The notes under the pieces were generated by a model. The model was not told the DNA's origin, did no database searches, and saw nothing but the letters and a program-made list of their open reading frames with translations. Source: a bacterium (GTDB lineage Bacteria > Bacteroidota > Ignavibacteria > UBA10030). From it: 37,943 nt of DNA. The stretch covers positions 1 to 37,943 of the forward strand of contig JAZDJN010000055.1 in assembly GCA_043803945.1 (NCBI GenBank). The letters run 5' to 3'. A program made the translations under genes and the position numbers. Positions 1-9,400 of the stretch are shown piece by piece; positions within the stretch are counted from its first letter, which is position 1, and each line of letters begins with the position of its first letter.

Positions 1-47
1 GTTGAAATTAGGAGAACCAGGGCGGCGATGGTAAGAATGCGTGTCAT
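1..47 (-). CDS. 5' end of a secreted protein (partial, runs off the window edge)
   Basis: ATG at 47 on the minus strand reads MTRILTIAALVLLIS..., a Sec signal-peptide pattern. AAGGA Shine-Dalgarno at 56-60 and a sigma54-like promoter at 124-140. Confidence 0.7.
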   Translation of the reverse strand, partial: MTRILTIAALVLLIS

Positions 48-123
48 TGTGGTATTCCTTATAGTTTGAATTTTGTTATTTGATTTGAATTTCATTTTCG
101 TTTTCGCTTTCTGGTATACATCG

Positions 124-140
124 TTCAACTTGCGTGCCAA
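124..140 (-). promoter_or_regulatory. sigma54 (-24/-12) promoter, TTGA variant
   Basis: Minus strand TTGGCACGCAAGTTGAA: canonical TGGCACG -24 box, 4-nt spacer, TTGA in place of TTGC; 77 bp upstream of the ATG at 47. Confidence 0.65.
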
Positions 141-190
141 ACTTTATCCTGTCATTTTCCCTGAAAATTAATGAATTAAGAATTCATCAT

Positions 191-344
191 TGAGTCGAAT
201 CGATACAGATGTACCAAAACAATACGAATTTCGAATATGTTAAAAAAATCCAAGGCTATTGCCTGAATGCTCATAATGGAACAAAGTAGGAATCGATATT
301 CTAGAAACACTGTCTTATTTTGATCCATATCTCACGGTTGTACA
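191..344. promoter_or_regulatory. candidate enhancer (UAS) sites for a sigma54 activator
   Basis: Five degenerate 17-mers resembling TGTNTCA-N3-TGANACA at 191-207, 210-226, 267-283, 311-327 and 328-344, lying between the two divergent sigma54-like promoters. Confidence 0.3.
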
Positions 345-386
345 ATTTTAAAAGGCTAAAATGGTAGGTATTTGTGCATTTTATTA

Positions 387-403
387 CTGGCACAAAGATT
401 GAA
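387..403 (+). promoter_or_regulatory. sigma54 (-24/-12) promoter, TTGA variant
   Basis: CTGGCACAAAGATTGAA: TGGCACA-N4-TTGA, about 90 bp upstream of the kinase ATG at 492. Confidence 0.65.
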
Positions 404-491
404 GAGAAATAGGTAAGGTGTATTGGGTCAATGAAGACCCTTGATGTCTCACACAAAAAAAATCTAGCTGTCACTTTAAACAGAACTTCGT

Positions 492-1190
492 ATGGCGATG
501 AGCAATATATTGGATTCTATCGAAACCTCGGATATCGTAGCCCGGGTTTCACATGAGTTGCGGACTCCGCTCACCTCCATCATTGGTTATGCCGAAGTGA
601 TGATGAAGGGCTCTGACCTGGCTCCCGATCAGGAGAGAGAATTCGCTACAATTATCCGGGATGAGGGAAAGAGACTTGCCGATTTGATCGATGTCTGCCT
701 CGATCTTGCTTTCCAGCAATCCATGCTCCTTTCACTCCCAATTGCTGAGGGGTCAGTGGATGGCGTTATTCAGGAAGCAATAAAGTGTGTTAGTAAGCAG
801 GCGAAAGATAAAGAGCTCCTGGTAATTTCCCATCTGCCAAAAGAATATTTCGTTTCAAAGGTCGATCCGGCTCGTTTACTCCAGGTTTTTTATACTATCC
901 TCCTAAACGCCATTTCAGTTGCCGACAATACAGCCCGCATAGAAATCTCAACACATCCTTTGCCCTCTGGGTACGGTATCACATTCACTCTTGCTCAAGA
1001 GTCGCTGGATGATGTAAAAATCACAAAGCTTCTGAACCATTTCGCATGGTCTCATGCTCCCGGACTCGGCGAAAGTTCGAATGGATTAGGGCTTGCTTTT
1101 GCCCGACATGTTATCGAACTTTACGGTGGACGGCTTGAGGTGATAAAAGAGGAAAAGGGTATCGTACAATTCCATCTCGAAGTACCGTAA
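492..1190 (+). CDS. sensor-less histidine kinase (HisKA + degenerate HATPase_c)
   Basis: H-box VSHELRTPLTSIIGYAE, N-box-like LLQVFYTILLNAI, G2 box SNGLGLAFAR..IELYGG. No DxGxG G1 box, no TM segment and no input domain. Confidence 0.85.
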   Translation: MAMSNILDSIETSDIVARVSHELRTPLTSIIGYAEVMMKGSDLAPDQEREFATIIRDEGKRLADLIDVCLDLAFQQSMLLSLPIAEGSVDGVIQEAIKCVSKQAKDKELLVISHLPKEYFVSKVDPARLLQVFYTILLNAISVADNTARIEISTHPLPSGYGITFTLAQESLDDVKITKLLNHFAWSHAPGLGESSNGLGLAFARHVIELYGGRLEVIKEEKGIVQFHLEVP

Positions 1191-1196
1191 GCCATA

Positions 1197-1234
1197 TTGG
1201 GGAGATTCTCGTTCAAGAGAACTCATCCCCCCAA
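1197..1234 (+). terminator. intergenic stem-loop (possible attenuator/terminator) between kinase and activator
   Basis: TTGGGGAGATTCTC-GTTCAA-GAGAACTCATCCCCCCAA imperfect hairpin followed by CTTTCT. Confidence 0.35.
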
Positions 1235-1280
1235 CTTTCTCTCACAGCCAATTTTTTTCACAACCATTCTGGGGCGCGAA

Positions 1281-2666
1281 ATGTCTCAAAAGCGAATATT
1301 CATTGTCGATGACGAGGAGCCCATCTATCGTTTACTCGAACATTGGGTAACGAAACGATGGGGATATGAATCGCGCATCTTTACTTCCGGAGAGGCACTT
1401 CTTGAGAATTTTGATGAAGATCCGGATCTGATTCTGCTCGATATTATGCTTCCGGGAATGAGTGGACTCGATGTGATTAAAGAGATCAAACAGAGATATC
1501 CGGACCTTCCCGTGATTATGCTCTCTGCACAAGGAAAAGTTGATGTCGCCGTCGAATGCTTGAGGCTGGGAGCAGTGGATTACTTCGGCAAACCTGTGGA
1601 CTTTACCAAGCTCGAAATCAGCATCAAGAACGCGATGCAGACGTACGACCTGACCAAAGAACTTCATACTCTGAAGGAATCTGTTCAGCAGCAGGTCCAT
1701 TTTGATAATATTATTTCAGACCACGGCTCGATGCAGGAAATATTCCGACTGGTGAACAAAGTGAAGGACAACGATATCTGCGTGGTGATCCTTGGAGAGA
1801 GCGGTACTGGAAAAGAGCTCATCGCCCGTGCCATCCATTACAATGGCGTTCGAAAAGATAGACCATTCACCGTGGTGAACTGTGCATCAATCCCACACGA
1901 TTTGCTTGAGAGTGAACTCTTTGGACACGAAAAAGGTTCGTTCACCGGAGCGATTACCCGCCGTATCGGAAAATTTGAACAGGCACACTCTGGGTCACTT
2001 TTCCTCGATGAGATTGGCGAACTCGATTTAAGCCTGCAATCGAAATTGCTGCGCGTGATCCAGACAAAACAGTTCGAGCGGGTCGGGGGAAATGAAACCA
2101 TTACAACCGATGTACGACTGATTTCTGCAACCCACCGCGATCTTGTGAAGGCAATTGCCCAGAAGGAATTTCGGGAAGACCTCTACTTCCGCCTGGCAAC
2201 TTTCCCCATCATTCTCCCTCCATTACGGGAACGGCGCTCGGATATTCTCCTGCTGGCGGAAAACTTTCTCAACCGGTTCGCCAAGGACCTCAATAAAGAG
2301 AAGATGGGATTCACCAAACGATCATTGAAACTGTTGTACGACTATCCCTGGCCCGGCAATGTGCGTGAATTGGAAAATGCGATCCAGCGTGCCACGTTAA
2401 TGGCGGACAGCCCCATAATCACTGAGAAAGACCTTCCCCTCTCAGTCCAAACGTTTGGCGACCAACAGGAATCAACCTCACCATCCGCTGGATTTTTCAA
2501 TACAGCCGAACCTATTCTTCCCTTCGAAAAAGTCAAGGAGCATGCGGTGAGGAATGCGCTGAAGGTGACACGGGGGAACATTGTTGAAGCCGCCTCTAAG
2601 CTGAAGATTGGACGTGCGACCTTTTACCGGTTGATGAAGAAATATAGAATCGATGAGGGTCATTAA
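1281..2666 (+). CDS. sigma54-dependent response regulator, NtrC/AtoC family (REC-AAA+-Fis HTH)
   Basis: IFIVDDEE and ILLDIMLP receiver motifs, Walker A GESGTGKE, GSFTGA loop, Walker B LFLDEIGE, WPGNVRELEN, C-terminal HTH. Start placed at ATG 1281 (MSQKRIF) rather than TTG 1197. Confidence 0.95.
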   Translation: MSQKRIFIVDDEEPIYRLLEHWVTKRWGYESRIFTSGEALLENFDEDPDLILLDIMLPGMSGLDVIKEIKQRYPDLPVIMLSAQGKVDVAVECLRLGAVDYFGKPVDFTKLEISIKNAMQTYDLTKELHTLKESVQQQVHFDNIISDHGSMQEIFRLVNKVKDNDICVVILGESGTGKELIARAIHYNGVRKDRPFTVVNCASIPHDLLESELFGHEKGSFTGAITRRIGKFEQAHSGSLFLDEIGELDLSLQSKLLRVIQTKQFERVGGNETITTDVRLISATHRDLVKAIAQKEFREDLYFRLATFPIILPPLRERRSDILLLAENFLNRFAKDLNKEKMGFTKRSLKLLYDYPWPGNVRELENAIQRATLMADSPIITEKDLPLSVQTFGDQQESTSPSAGFFNTAEPILPFEKVKEHAVRNALKVTRGNIVEAASKLKIGRATFYRLMKKYRIDEGH

Positions 2667-2780
2667 CACCATAGCGGTAACTTCCACAGTTCAATCGCCA
2701 AAGCATCGGTGCGCTAAAGCGGTTTCCCCTTAAGAACGATCCCATAGATCCTCTCCGAAGATCGTTCACCTCATGCAATC

Positions 2781-3464
2781 CTATTCCTTGTGATGTGGTG
2801 AATCTTCATCCCCGCTCAGCCCATGGTCGATGGCATACCGGACCAGACTGGCAACATCGTGGATATCGAGCTTTTGCATGATATTGGATCGATGTGTATC
2901 GACGGTACGGGGGCTGATGTATAACTGATCGGCTATTTGCTGGTTTGTACAACCACGCACAACCAGTTTCAGAATTTCCTTCTCCCGTTTCGTTAGCGGA
3001 ACAGCATCGGCAGAGGTTTTTCGTACATTGTTCTCGATCTGCTTGGCGTAACTTTCAGCCATAATTTCCGTGACGCGTGCACTAAAATATTTTTCGCCAT
3101 GAGCAAGGGCACGGAGGGCCAAGCCAAGCTCTTCCTTGCCAGCACTTTTCAGGACATACCCGTCGGCTCCTGATTTGATAATCTGCGAAATATACTGTTC
3201 ATTTTCGTGCATCGTGAGGATTAAGATCCGTGTCGATGGATATTTTGCTTTGATGATTTTCGCAGCCTCGATTCCGGAAAGTTTCGGCATCGACAGATCA
3301 ATAATCACTACATCCGGATTCAACTCCTTTGTTTTCGATACCGCCTCTGCACCATCGACCGCTTCTCCAACGATCACAAATCCATCTAATCCAGAGATAA
3401 TGGATGCAATACCACTCCGGACCAATGGATGGTCATCCGCTAAAAGAATTTTCATGCTGCCCAT
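2781..3464 (-). CDS. NarL/LuxR-family DNA-binding response regulator
   Basis: ILLADDHPLVR, VVIIDLSMP, GADGYVLK, LTKREKEIL...ISPRTVDTHRSNIMQKL. Start could be 3455; overlaps the stop of the upstream kinase. Confidence 0.95.
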   Translation of the reverse strand: MGSMKILLADDHPLVRSGIASIISGLDGFVIVGEAVDGAEAVSKTKELNPDVVIIDLSMPKLSGIEAAKIIKAKYPSTRILILTMHENEQYISQIIKSGADGYVLKSAGKEELGLALRALAHGEKYFSARVTEIMAESYAKQIENNVRKTSADAVPLTKREKEILKLVVRGCTNQQIADQLYISPRTVDTHRSNIMQKLDIHDVASLVRYAIDHGLSGDEDSPHHKE

Positions 3465-6063
3465 CGCTTTTCACATTTCGCATTGGAATTTCTACAATAA
3501 TTTCTGTTCCCTGTCCGGGCCGTGAATTCAGCATCAACGCGCCTTGCAGAGCGCTCGCCCGCTCGCGCATACTGACCAGTCCCATACCCCGGCGGTTGGT
3601 GGCGGGATCGAACGGCCGCGGTATAAAGCCCACTCCATCGTCATCGATGGCGAGGCGAATCGATTCGGCATCGCCAATTAATTGCACATTGATATGATGC
3701 GCCTGTGCATGTTTGGCAATGTTGTTCAGGGCTTCCTGGGCAATCCGATACAGTCCGATATCGATCTCAGCATTCAACCGGCTCTCAACTCCCACGGTGG
3801 TATACTGCAGTTCGAGGTTGTTTCGTTTTGAAAACTGCTCGCATAACATCTGAAGTGCGGGCGCTAATCCAAAATCAAGCAGAATACTGGGCATTAGATT
3901 GTAGGAGATTTCTCTTGCCTCCGAGATCGCGTTTTCAAGAAGATTCTTGATGTCATTGAGGCGTTCCCGGTCATCCGGGATTTGAATTTCAGTACTATCT
4001 TCCAACACTTCGATATTGAACTTAATGGCAGTGAGGAGCTGGCCGAGACTGTCATGAATTTCCCTTGCGATCCTTCGTCGTTCTTCTTCTTGTGCCTGGA
4101 CGCGCGCGCCGGCGAGCAATTCAAGCTCCTTTTCACGCAGGAGGAGGTTTTCATAGAGTTGGGCACTTGCCACTGCAATAGATGACTTTTCTGCCAGGGC
4201 TGAAAGCAACCGAAGCTCACGCGCAGTAAAGTCATGATGATGCCGGAACGCGATCACCATAAGCCCGCGCATTTTGCCCTCAATCACAAGCGGAAATCTT
4301 GCTGCCGAGAGGATCCCATCACAAACAAGAAATGAAAATTCACTCTCGGGATACTTCGGATCGGAGGAGATATCGCGTGAGACCACCGGTTCTTTCTTCT
4401 CGATGATTGCCTGAAATTCTGAGCGAATGGCAAATGATTCCTGGGGCGCAGAGCGGCGATTGCCCATCACAGAGCGCCAACGATATTGATCGAGCTCGGC
4501 ATCAATCATCATCACACCGACCCAATTGGCATGGGTAAGCATTTTTGCATAATACGCAATCACATCGAGCACCACCTGCAGCCCTACGCTTGACACGAGC
4601 TGATGGTCAATTGCACTCATCGTTTCCTGCTCCCACAGCCACAGTGCTTGTTCACGCTCAAGATTTTTTTGCTCCGTGATATCGCGAAATGATGCTTGCA
4701 CTGCAGGCGACCCATTCCATGTCACGAGCCGCGCATTCACCTCGAGGTCAATTGCCTTCCCATATTTCGTAAGGCCTTTCATCTCGAAATTGCGTAGAAT
4801 GTCATCGCCCACCGAATATCCTTTATAGTGTTCAAATTCAAAGAAGCGGCTTGCGGGGGCAATCTTATCCTTGAAGTCAAGAGCCTGCATTTCTTCCACC
4901 GACTTATACCCGAAAATATTCGTGGCCGACCGACTGCTGTACACCAATCTACCGTCCTGGATGAGGAGGATTCCATCGAGCGAGCTCTCCACGATGTTTT
5001 CATATTTCCGCTGCGATTCTTCGTACTTCTGCATCAGGCTTTGCCGTTCAGAGAGATCGTGGCCGACCAGCACCCACCCCATCACCTCCCCCCGTTCACG
5101 AATCGGTGAGATGGAGAGCAGGACTGGAAATCGTTCCCCTTTCTGGGTGAGAAACGCTACTTCCAGCAGTGATGAACTTGAACCGGATTCCTTTCGCAGG
5201 ATTTGCTGGACCACTTCTGCTTCCACGATAAATTTGGATGATTGCAGATCTTTGATCTCGTACTCTGGAGTACTCAGGATACGTCTCCGGAATGCATCGT
5301 TCGCAAAAACGACCTTGCTGGTTTGATCGATCACAACCAACAGATCGCCAATGACATCGACGATCGTGCTGCCAAGAAGATGGGGAGTAACAATGAGAAC
5401 CTGCGAGCGAAAGATATTCATTGTGGAGTGCACAATCCCAATACTTGTGACAAAAGGAAGAATAAAAAGGAAGCTCGTTTCGGAAGTGGCTGTTGTAGAA
5501 GCATCAATGAGTAATACTCCAAGCGGAACTGCTACTCCAGTTAAAAAAAGGAGTTGCTGCTTCTTTTCGGTCCACGATTTCGTTCTCCGATATCTCTCAA
5601 AACACAATCCAAGCCCAACGAGATATAAGAATGATAGCCAACCGATATAGACCCAGAACATCCATGATTTCGGGACTATCGTTTGATGACTACATAAGGG
5701 AAATTCCGCAAGATTACCTGAGGTAAGAATGACGAGAAAAATAAAACCAATACCGTAGATAATTCCATAATTCCAATCCCGCCTAAAAAGATACTCCATA
5801 TCGGCATACGCGATACTGAAATGGAGAAAAAGCGAGGGGAATATCGAAATACCGATAGCAGCAATCCAATGTCCGGCTATCTCGATCGAACCAGGCTGCG
5901 CAAGATGAATCAGGCCCTCTCCACTGTGCCAGAGTATAATCCCGATGATGAGAAAGAACCAGCGAATATTGATCAATCCCCGTGGATTTTTTACCAGAAC
6001 CAGAAGGGCACAGGCTCCATTGATAAGAATACCGGCGAGGGGAATCAGAACTTCAATAGTCAT
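3433..6063 (-). CDS. membrane sensor histidine kinase (7TM N-terminal region, 2x PAS, GAF, HisKA_3, HATPase_c)
   Basis: About 7 hydrophobic helices in the first ~215 aa, PAS-end motifs GHDLSER and FRDITEQ, GAF (FTARELRLLSALA), H-box EEERRRIAREIHDSLGQ, QEALNNIAKHA, DDGVGF, GMGLVSMRERA. Confidence 0.93.
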   Translation of the reverse strand: MTIEVLIPLAGILINGACALLVLVKNPRGLINIRWFFLIIGIILWHSGEGLIHLAQPGSIEIAGHWIAAIGISIFPSLFLHFSIAYADMEYLFRRDWNYGIIYGIGFIFLVILTSGNLAEFPLCSHQTIVPKSWMFWVYIGWLSFLYLVGLGLCFERYRRTKSWTEKKQQLLFLTGVAVPLGVLLIDASTTATSETSFLFILPFVTSIGIVHSTMNIFRSQVLIVTPHLLGSTIVDVIGDLLVVIDQTSKVVFANDAFRRRILSTPEYEIKDLQSSKFIVEAEVVQQILRKESGSSSSLLEVAFLTQKGERFPVLLSISPIRERGEVMGWVLVGHDLSERQSLMQKYEESQRKYENIVESSLDGILLIQDGRLVYSSRSATNIFGYKSVEEMQALDFKDKIAPASRFFEFEHYKGYSVGDDILRNFEMKGLTKYGKAIDLEVNARLVTWNGSPAVQASFRDITEQKNLEREQALWLWEQETMSAIDHQLVSSVGLQVVLDVIAYYAKMLTHANWVGVMMIDAELDQYRWRSVMGNRRSAPQESFAIRSEFQAIIEKKEPVVSRDISSDPKYPESEFSFLVCDGILSAARFPLVIEGKMRGLMVIAFRHHHDFTARELRLLSALAEKSSIAVASAQLYENLLLREKELELLAGARVQAQEEERRRIAREIHDSLGQLLTAIKFNIEVLEDSTEIQIPDDRERLNDIKNLLENAISEAREISYNLMPSILLDFGLAPALQMLCEQFSKRNNLELQYTTVGVESRLNAEIDIGLYRIAQEALNNIAKHAQAHHINVQLIGDAESIRLAIDDDGVGFIPRPFDPATNRRGMGLVSMRERASALQGALMLNSRPGQGTEIIVEIPMRNVKSDGQHENSFSG

Positions 6064-6289
6064 TGCACTGTCGTTCGGAAATGCAAACAGCCAGCTTCAA
6101 GTGTATGTTCGCTCATGGGGGAAAAAGTTTTCGGCCCCCATCAGGGCACCAATTAGGAATTAAAATAGAGAAAGAAGGTGTCAGATTCAACTTAACGGCT
6201 CAAGGGGTACGAGGGTGGCAGAAAAACAAAGAGCGATTCAGGGAAAATCCTAAATCGCGCTACAATTCCATTAACGTTTCAGAGCATGA

Positions 6290-6670
6290 TTACTTGGCAA
6301 CAACCTTTTTATATGCTTCAACATCAAGAAGCTGGCCAAGCTCTGCTTCTTGTGAGAGTGTCATCTTTACCATCCATCCACCACCATAAGGATCTTTATT
6401 GACAACATCGGGCGTATCCTGGACTGCTTTGTTCACCTCCACGATCTCGCCGCTGACTGGTGCATAGAGATCGGAGACTGCTTTGACAGCTTCGATCGTT
6501 CCAAAGGTTTTCCCCTGCTGGATTTTTGTGCCTACAGCAGGTAGTTCAACAAAGACGATATCCCCGAGTTCACCCTGGGCATATTCTGTGATTCCTACCC
6601 ATCCTGTGGTTCCTTCGACCCGAATCCATTCATGGTCTTTTGTATACTTAAGGTGTTCTGGAAAATTCAT
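6290..6670 (-). CDS. gcvH: glycine cleavage system H protein
   Basis: YTKDHEW, GITEYAQGELGDIVFVELP, lipoyl-Lys motif IEAVKAVSD, VNKDPYGGGW. Confidence 0.97.
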   Translation of the reverse strand: MNFPEHLKYTKDHEWIRVEGTTGWVGITEYAQGELGDIVFVELPAVGTKIQQGKTFGTIEAVKAVSDLYAPVSGEIVEVNKAVQDTPDVVNKDPYGGGWMVKMTLSQEAELGQLLDVEAYKKVVAK

Positions 6671-6716
6671 AGTTGCCTCGATAATTATTGTTTATCCTCG
6701 GTTGCTTCAGTTGACA

Positions 6717-8066
6717 CTATTCACCTTTGTAATCGAACGTCTCGATAAATTTTGTATCGAAGTCTCCGCTCCGGAACCTCTCATTGCGCATCAACTTCTG
6801 GTGAAATGGAATCGTCGTTTTCACCCCTTCGATAATAAATTCATCCAGTGCATGATACATCTTTTCTATCGCTTCTGCACGCGTTTTTTCTTTCACAATT
6901 AATTTTGCGATCAGGGAATCGTAGTAGGGCGGAATTTCGTATCCGGCATACACATGAGAATCGACCCGTACCCCAAACCCACCCGGGAAATGCAAGCTTG
7001 TAATCTTTCCTGGAGAAGGACGGAAATCTTTTTCAGGATCCTCCGCATTAATACGGCATTCGATGGCGTGCCATTGCGGTTTCGGCTGTATCTTTCTTAA
7101 CCGTTCACCTGCGGCAACATGAATTTGCATTTTCAGCAAATCAATTCCCATTACCTCTTCCGTCACAGGATGTTCAACCTGGATGCGGGTATTCATCTCC
7201 ATAAAGTAGAAGTTCTTATTCTTGTCGAGTAAAAATTCAATCGTCCCAGCACCAAGGTAATGGACACTTCTGGCGCCCTTGACCGCAGCCAATCCCATTG
7301 CTTCTCTAAGCTGAGGTGATAGAGCAGGTGAAGGCGATTCCTCAAGGAGCTTTTGATGACGCCGCTGGATCGAACAGTCACGCTCCCCGAAATGAATCAC
7401 ATTCCCGTGCGAATCGCCCATAATCTGAATTTCCACATGCCTGGGTTCTTCAATATATTTTTCGATGTATAAGGAGGGATTTGCAAACGCCGTCTCTGCT
7501 TCGTGACTCGCCGTTCGAAATGCATTCTCAAGTTCCGCCGCCTCCCGCACAATCCTCATTCCTCGACCCCCTCCACCAGCAGTTGCTTTCAGGATTACGG
7601 GAAAACCGATTTCGTGTGCGATATGCTCTGCCTCTTTTACCTCTGCAATGACCCCATCACTGCCGGGGATCACGGGTACTCCTGCTTTCCGCATTGTCTC
7701 TTTAGCGAGTGCTTTATCTCCCATGGCGGTGATTGCTGCCGGCTTCGGTCCAATGAACGTGATTCCAGATGCATGACAGATTTCTGCAAAATTGGCATTC
7801 TCCGCAAGGAAGCCATATCCAGGGTGAATTGCATCGGCATTCGTTATTTCGGCTGCTGCGATCAATCGAGGAATGTTCAAATAACTTTCTTTACTGGCGG
7901 GCGGACCGATGCAGACTGCTTCATCGGCGAACTTCACATGCAGGGAATAGCGATCGGCTTCGGAATGAACTGCAACCGTCTGGATACCCAATTCTCGGCA
8001 AGCCCGAATAATCCGGATTGCGATTTCCCCTCGATTCGCAATTAGTACTTTTTTCATTAGTGCCAT
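6717..8066 (-). CDS. accC: acetyl-CoA carboxylase biotin carboxylase subunit
   Basis: [59 protein letters not shown]. Confidence 0.98.
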   Translation of the reverse strand: MALMKKVLIANRGEIAIRIIRACRELGIQTVAVHSEADRYSLHVKFADEAVCIGPPASKESYLNIPRLIAAAEITNADAIHPGYGFLAENANFAEICHASGITFIGPKPAAITAMGDKALAKETMRKAGVPVIPGSDGVIAEVKEAEHIAHEIGFPVILKATAGGGGRGMRIVREAAELENAFRTASHEAETAFANPSLYIEKYIEEPRHVEIQIMGDSHGNVIHFGERDCSIQRRHQKLLEESPSPALSPQLREAMGLAAVKGARSVHYLGAGTIEFLLDKNKNFYFMEMNTRIQVEHPVTEEVMGIDLLKMQIHVAAGERLRKIQPKPQWHAIECRINAEDPEKDFRPSPGKITSLHFPGGFGVRVDSHVYAGYEIPPYYDSLIAKLIVKEKTRAEAIEKMYHALDEFIIEGVKTTIPFHQKLMRNERFRSGDFDTKFIETFDYKGE

Positions 8067-8160
8067 GAAGGTTTAAGAACTCGCTATTAGTTCCAAGTGG
8101 TAATTCTTCGCTGGAACAAACCGCTTCCAAGAGCCGGAGAGGCGGAATCGTTCTTCGTCA

Positions 8161-8646
8161 TTAACTCTTTTCAATGTGGAAGAGAACTTGGTTATATTCG
8201 ACAGGTTTGCCGTTCTCTACAAGAACCTTTAAAACTTTTCCTTCGACATCCGATTCGATTTCATTCATCAGTTTCATTGCTTCAACAATACAGAGTACCG
8301 CACCGGATTTTACATGCTGGCCTACCTCAACATAAGGTGCAGCATCCGGCGCTGGAGCCCGATAAAATGTACCGACAATCGGAGAACGGATTTCATGATA
8401 GGAAATTACCGGTTTCGAAACCTCTGATTCAACGGGAGGTTTGGGTTGCGGAGCAGGCTCCGCTGGAGTTGGTGGTGCTGGGGGCGCATATGGCGCCTGT
8501 GGTGGATATGGTACTTGCTGATAAATTATCTGACCCGATTTTCCTTTCGCTACTCGAATCTTCTTTCCTTCTTCTTCAATCTCGATCTCATCAATCTCAC
8601 TTTTTTCGACAAGTTTGATGACCTTCTTGATGTACGCTAGATCCAT
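8161..8646 (-). CDS. accB: acetyl-CoA carboxylase biotin carboxyl carrier protein
   Basis: [11 protein letters not shown], biotinylation motif EAMKLMNEI, Pro/Ala-rich linker. Start moved to ATG 8646 (MDLAYIKK), which has AGGAGA just upstream. Confidence 0.96.
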   Translation of the reverse strand: MDLAYIKKVIKLVEKSEIDEIEIEEEGKKIRVAKGKSGQIIYQQVPYPPQAPYAPPAPPTPAEPAPQPKPPVESEVSKPVISYHEIRSPIVGTFYRAPAPDAAPYVEVGQHVKSGAVLCIVEAMKLMNEIESDVEGKVLKVLVENGKPVEYNQVLFHIEKS

Positions 8647-8751
8647 GTATTCTCCTAGTTGAAATTGGGGGAACCGGGAAGCCTTCCAGATTTTCGACGA
8701 CGAGACTGTCGGCTTCCGGCAGAACAACCAGATTGAGCTTTATGCAATGGA

Positions 8752-9315
8752 TTAGGAATTCACTCGCTCTAAATAATCACCTGTTCGTGTATCGATGCGG
8801 ATAATATCTCCTTCATTAATAAAGAGAGGGACATTCACTGTAGCTCCAGTTTCGAGTGTTGCCGGCTTTGATGCACCGGTGGCAGTATCGCCCCGAACTC
8901 CGGGAACTGTTTCAATAACTTTAAGTTCAACTTTAATTGGAATTTCTGCGGTAACAATCTCCAACCCGACCATCAATAGTTGAACCGTTTCACCCTCTTT
9001 GAGATACTTCGAGCCCTCTCCGAGAGCAGCTTCGGAAACTGGCATTTGTTCGTACGTCTCCTTTTCCATAAACTGGAAACTGGCACCATCATGGTATAGG
9101 TAGGTAAATTCTTTTTGTTCTAGGCGAACTTCCTCAACCTCTTCACCTGAACGAAAACGATTCTCTGTCAACCTTCCGCTCTTTAGGTTTCTCAATTTTG
9201 CTTGCACAAAAGCTCGAAGATTACCCGGTGTCCGATGGATATATTCGTCTATCCGGTGAAGCTCTCCATTAAACTTAATTACCATTCCTATTCTAAAATC
9301 CGCAGTAGTTGCCAT
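8752..9315 (-). CDS. efp: translation elongation factor P (loop HRTPGNLRA)
   Basis: PGVRGDTATG, KPATLETG, VPLFINEGD..RIDTRTGDYLER. KOW loop PG-N instead of PG-K. Confidence 0.97.
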   Translation of the reverse strand: MATTADFRIGMVIKFNGELHRIDEYIHRTPGNLRAFVQAKLRNLKSGRLTENRFRSGEEVEEVRLEQKEFTYLYHDGASFQFMEKETYEQMPVSEAALGEGSKYLKEGETVQLLMVGLEIVTAEIPIKVELKVIETVPGVRGDTATGASKPATLETGATVNVPLFINEGDIIRIDTRTGDYLERVNS

Positions 9316-9371
9316 AAAACCTTTTCAAAAATAATGAAAAATGAATAGTTTTCGTTCAATTTTGGGGTAAA

Positions 9372-9400
9372 AGTATACTGAAAATAGGTGAAAATGTCAA
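9372..9400 (-). promoter_or_regulatory. sigma70-type promoter of the efp-accB-accC-gcvH operon
   Basis: Minus strand TTGACA-17 nt-TATACT, 57 bp upstream of the efp start. Confidence 0.8.

Noticed and set aside
61-112. Roughly 6-nt periodic T-rich tract
   Set aside because: Too degenerate; explained as the A-rich 5'UTR of the minus-strand gene.
1197-1280. N-terminal extension of the NtrC ORF from TTG 1197
   Set aside because: The receiver domain begins at ATG 1281 and the extension coincides with a hairpin.
6115-6141. ATGGGGG...CCCCCAT hairpin as terminator of the efp-gcvH operon
   Set aside because: No U-tract on the minus strand, so a function cannot be supported.
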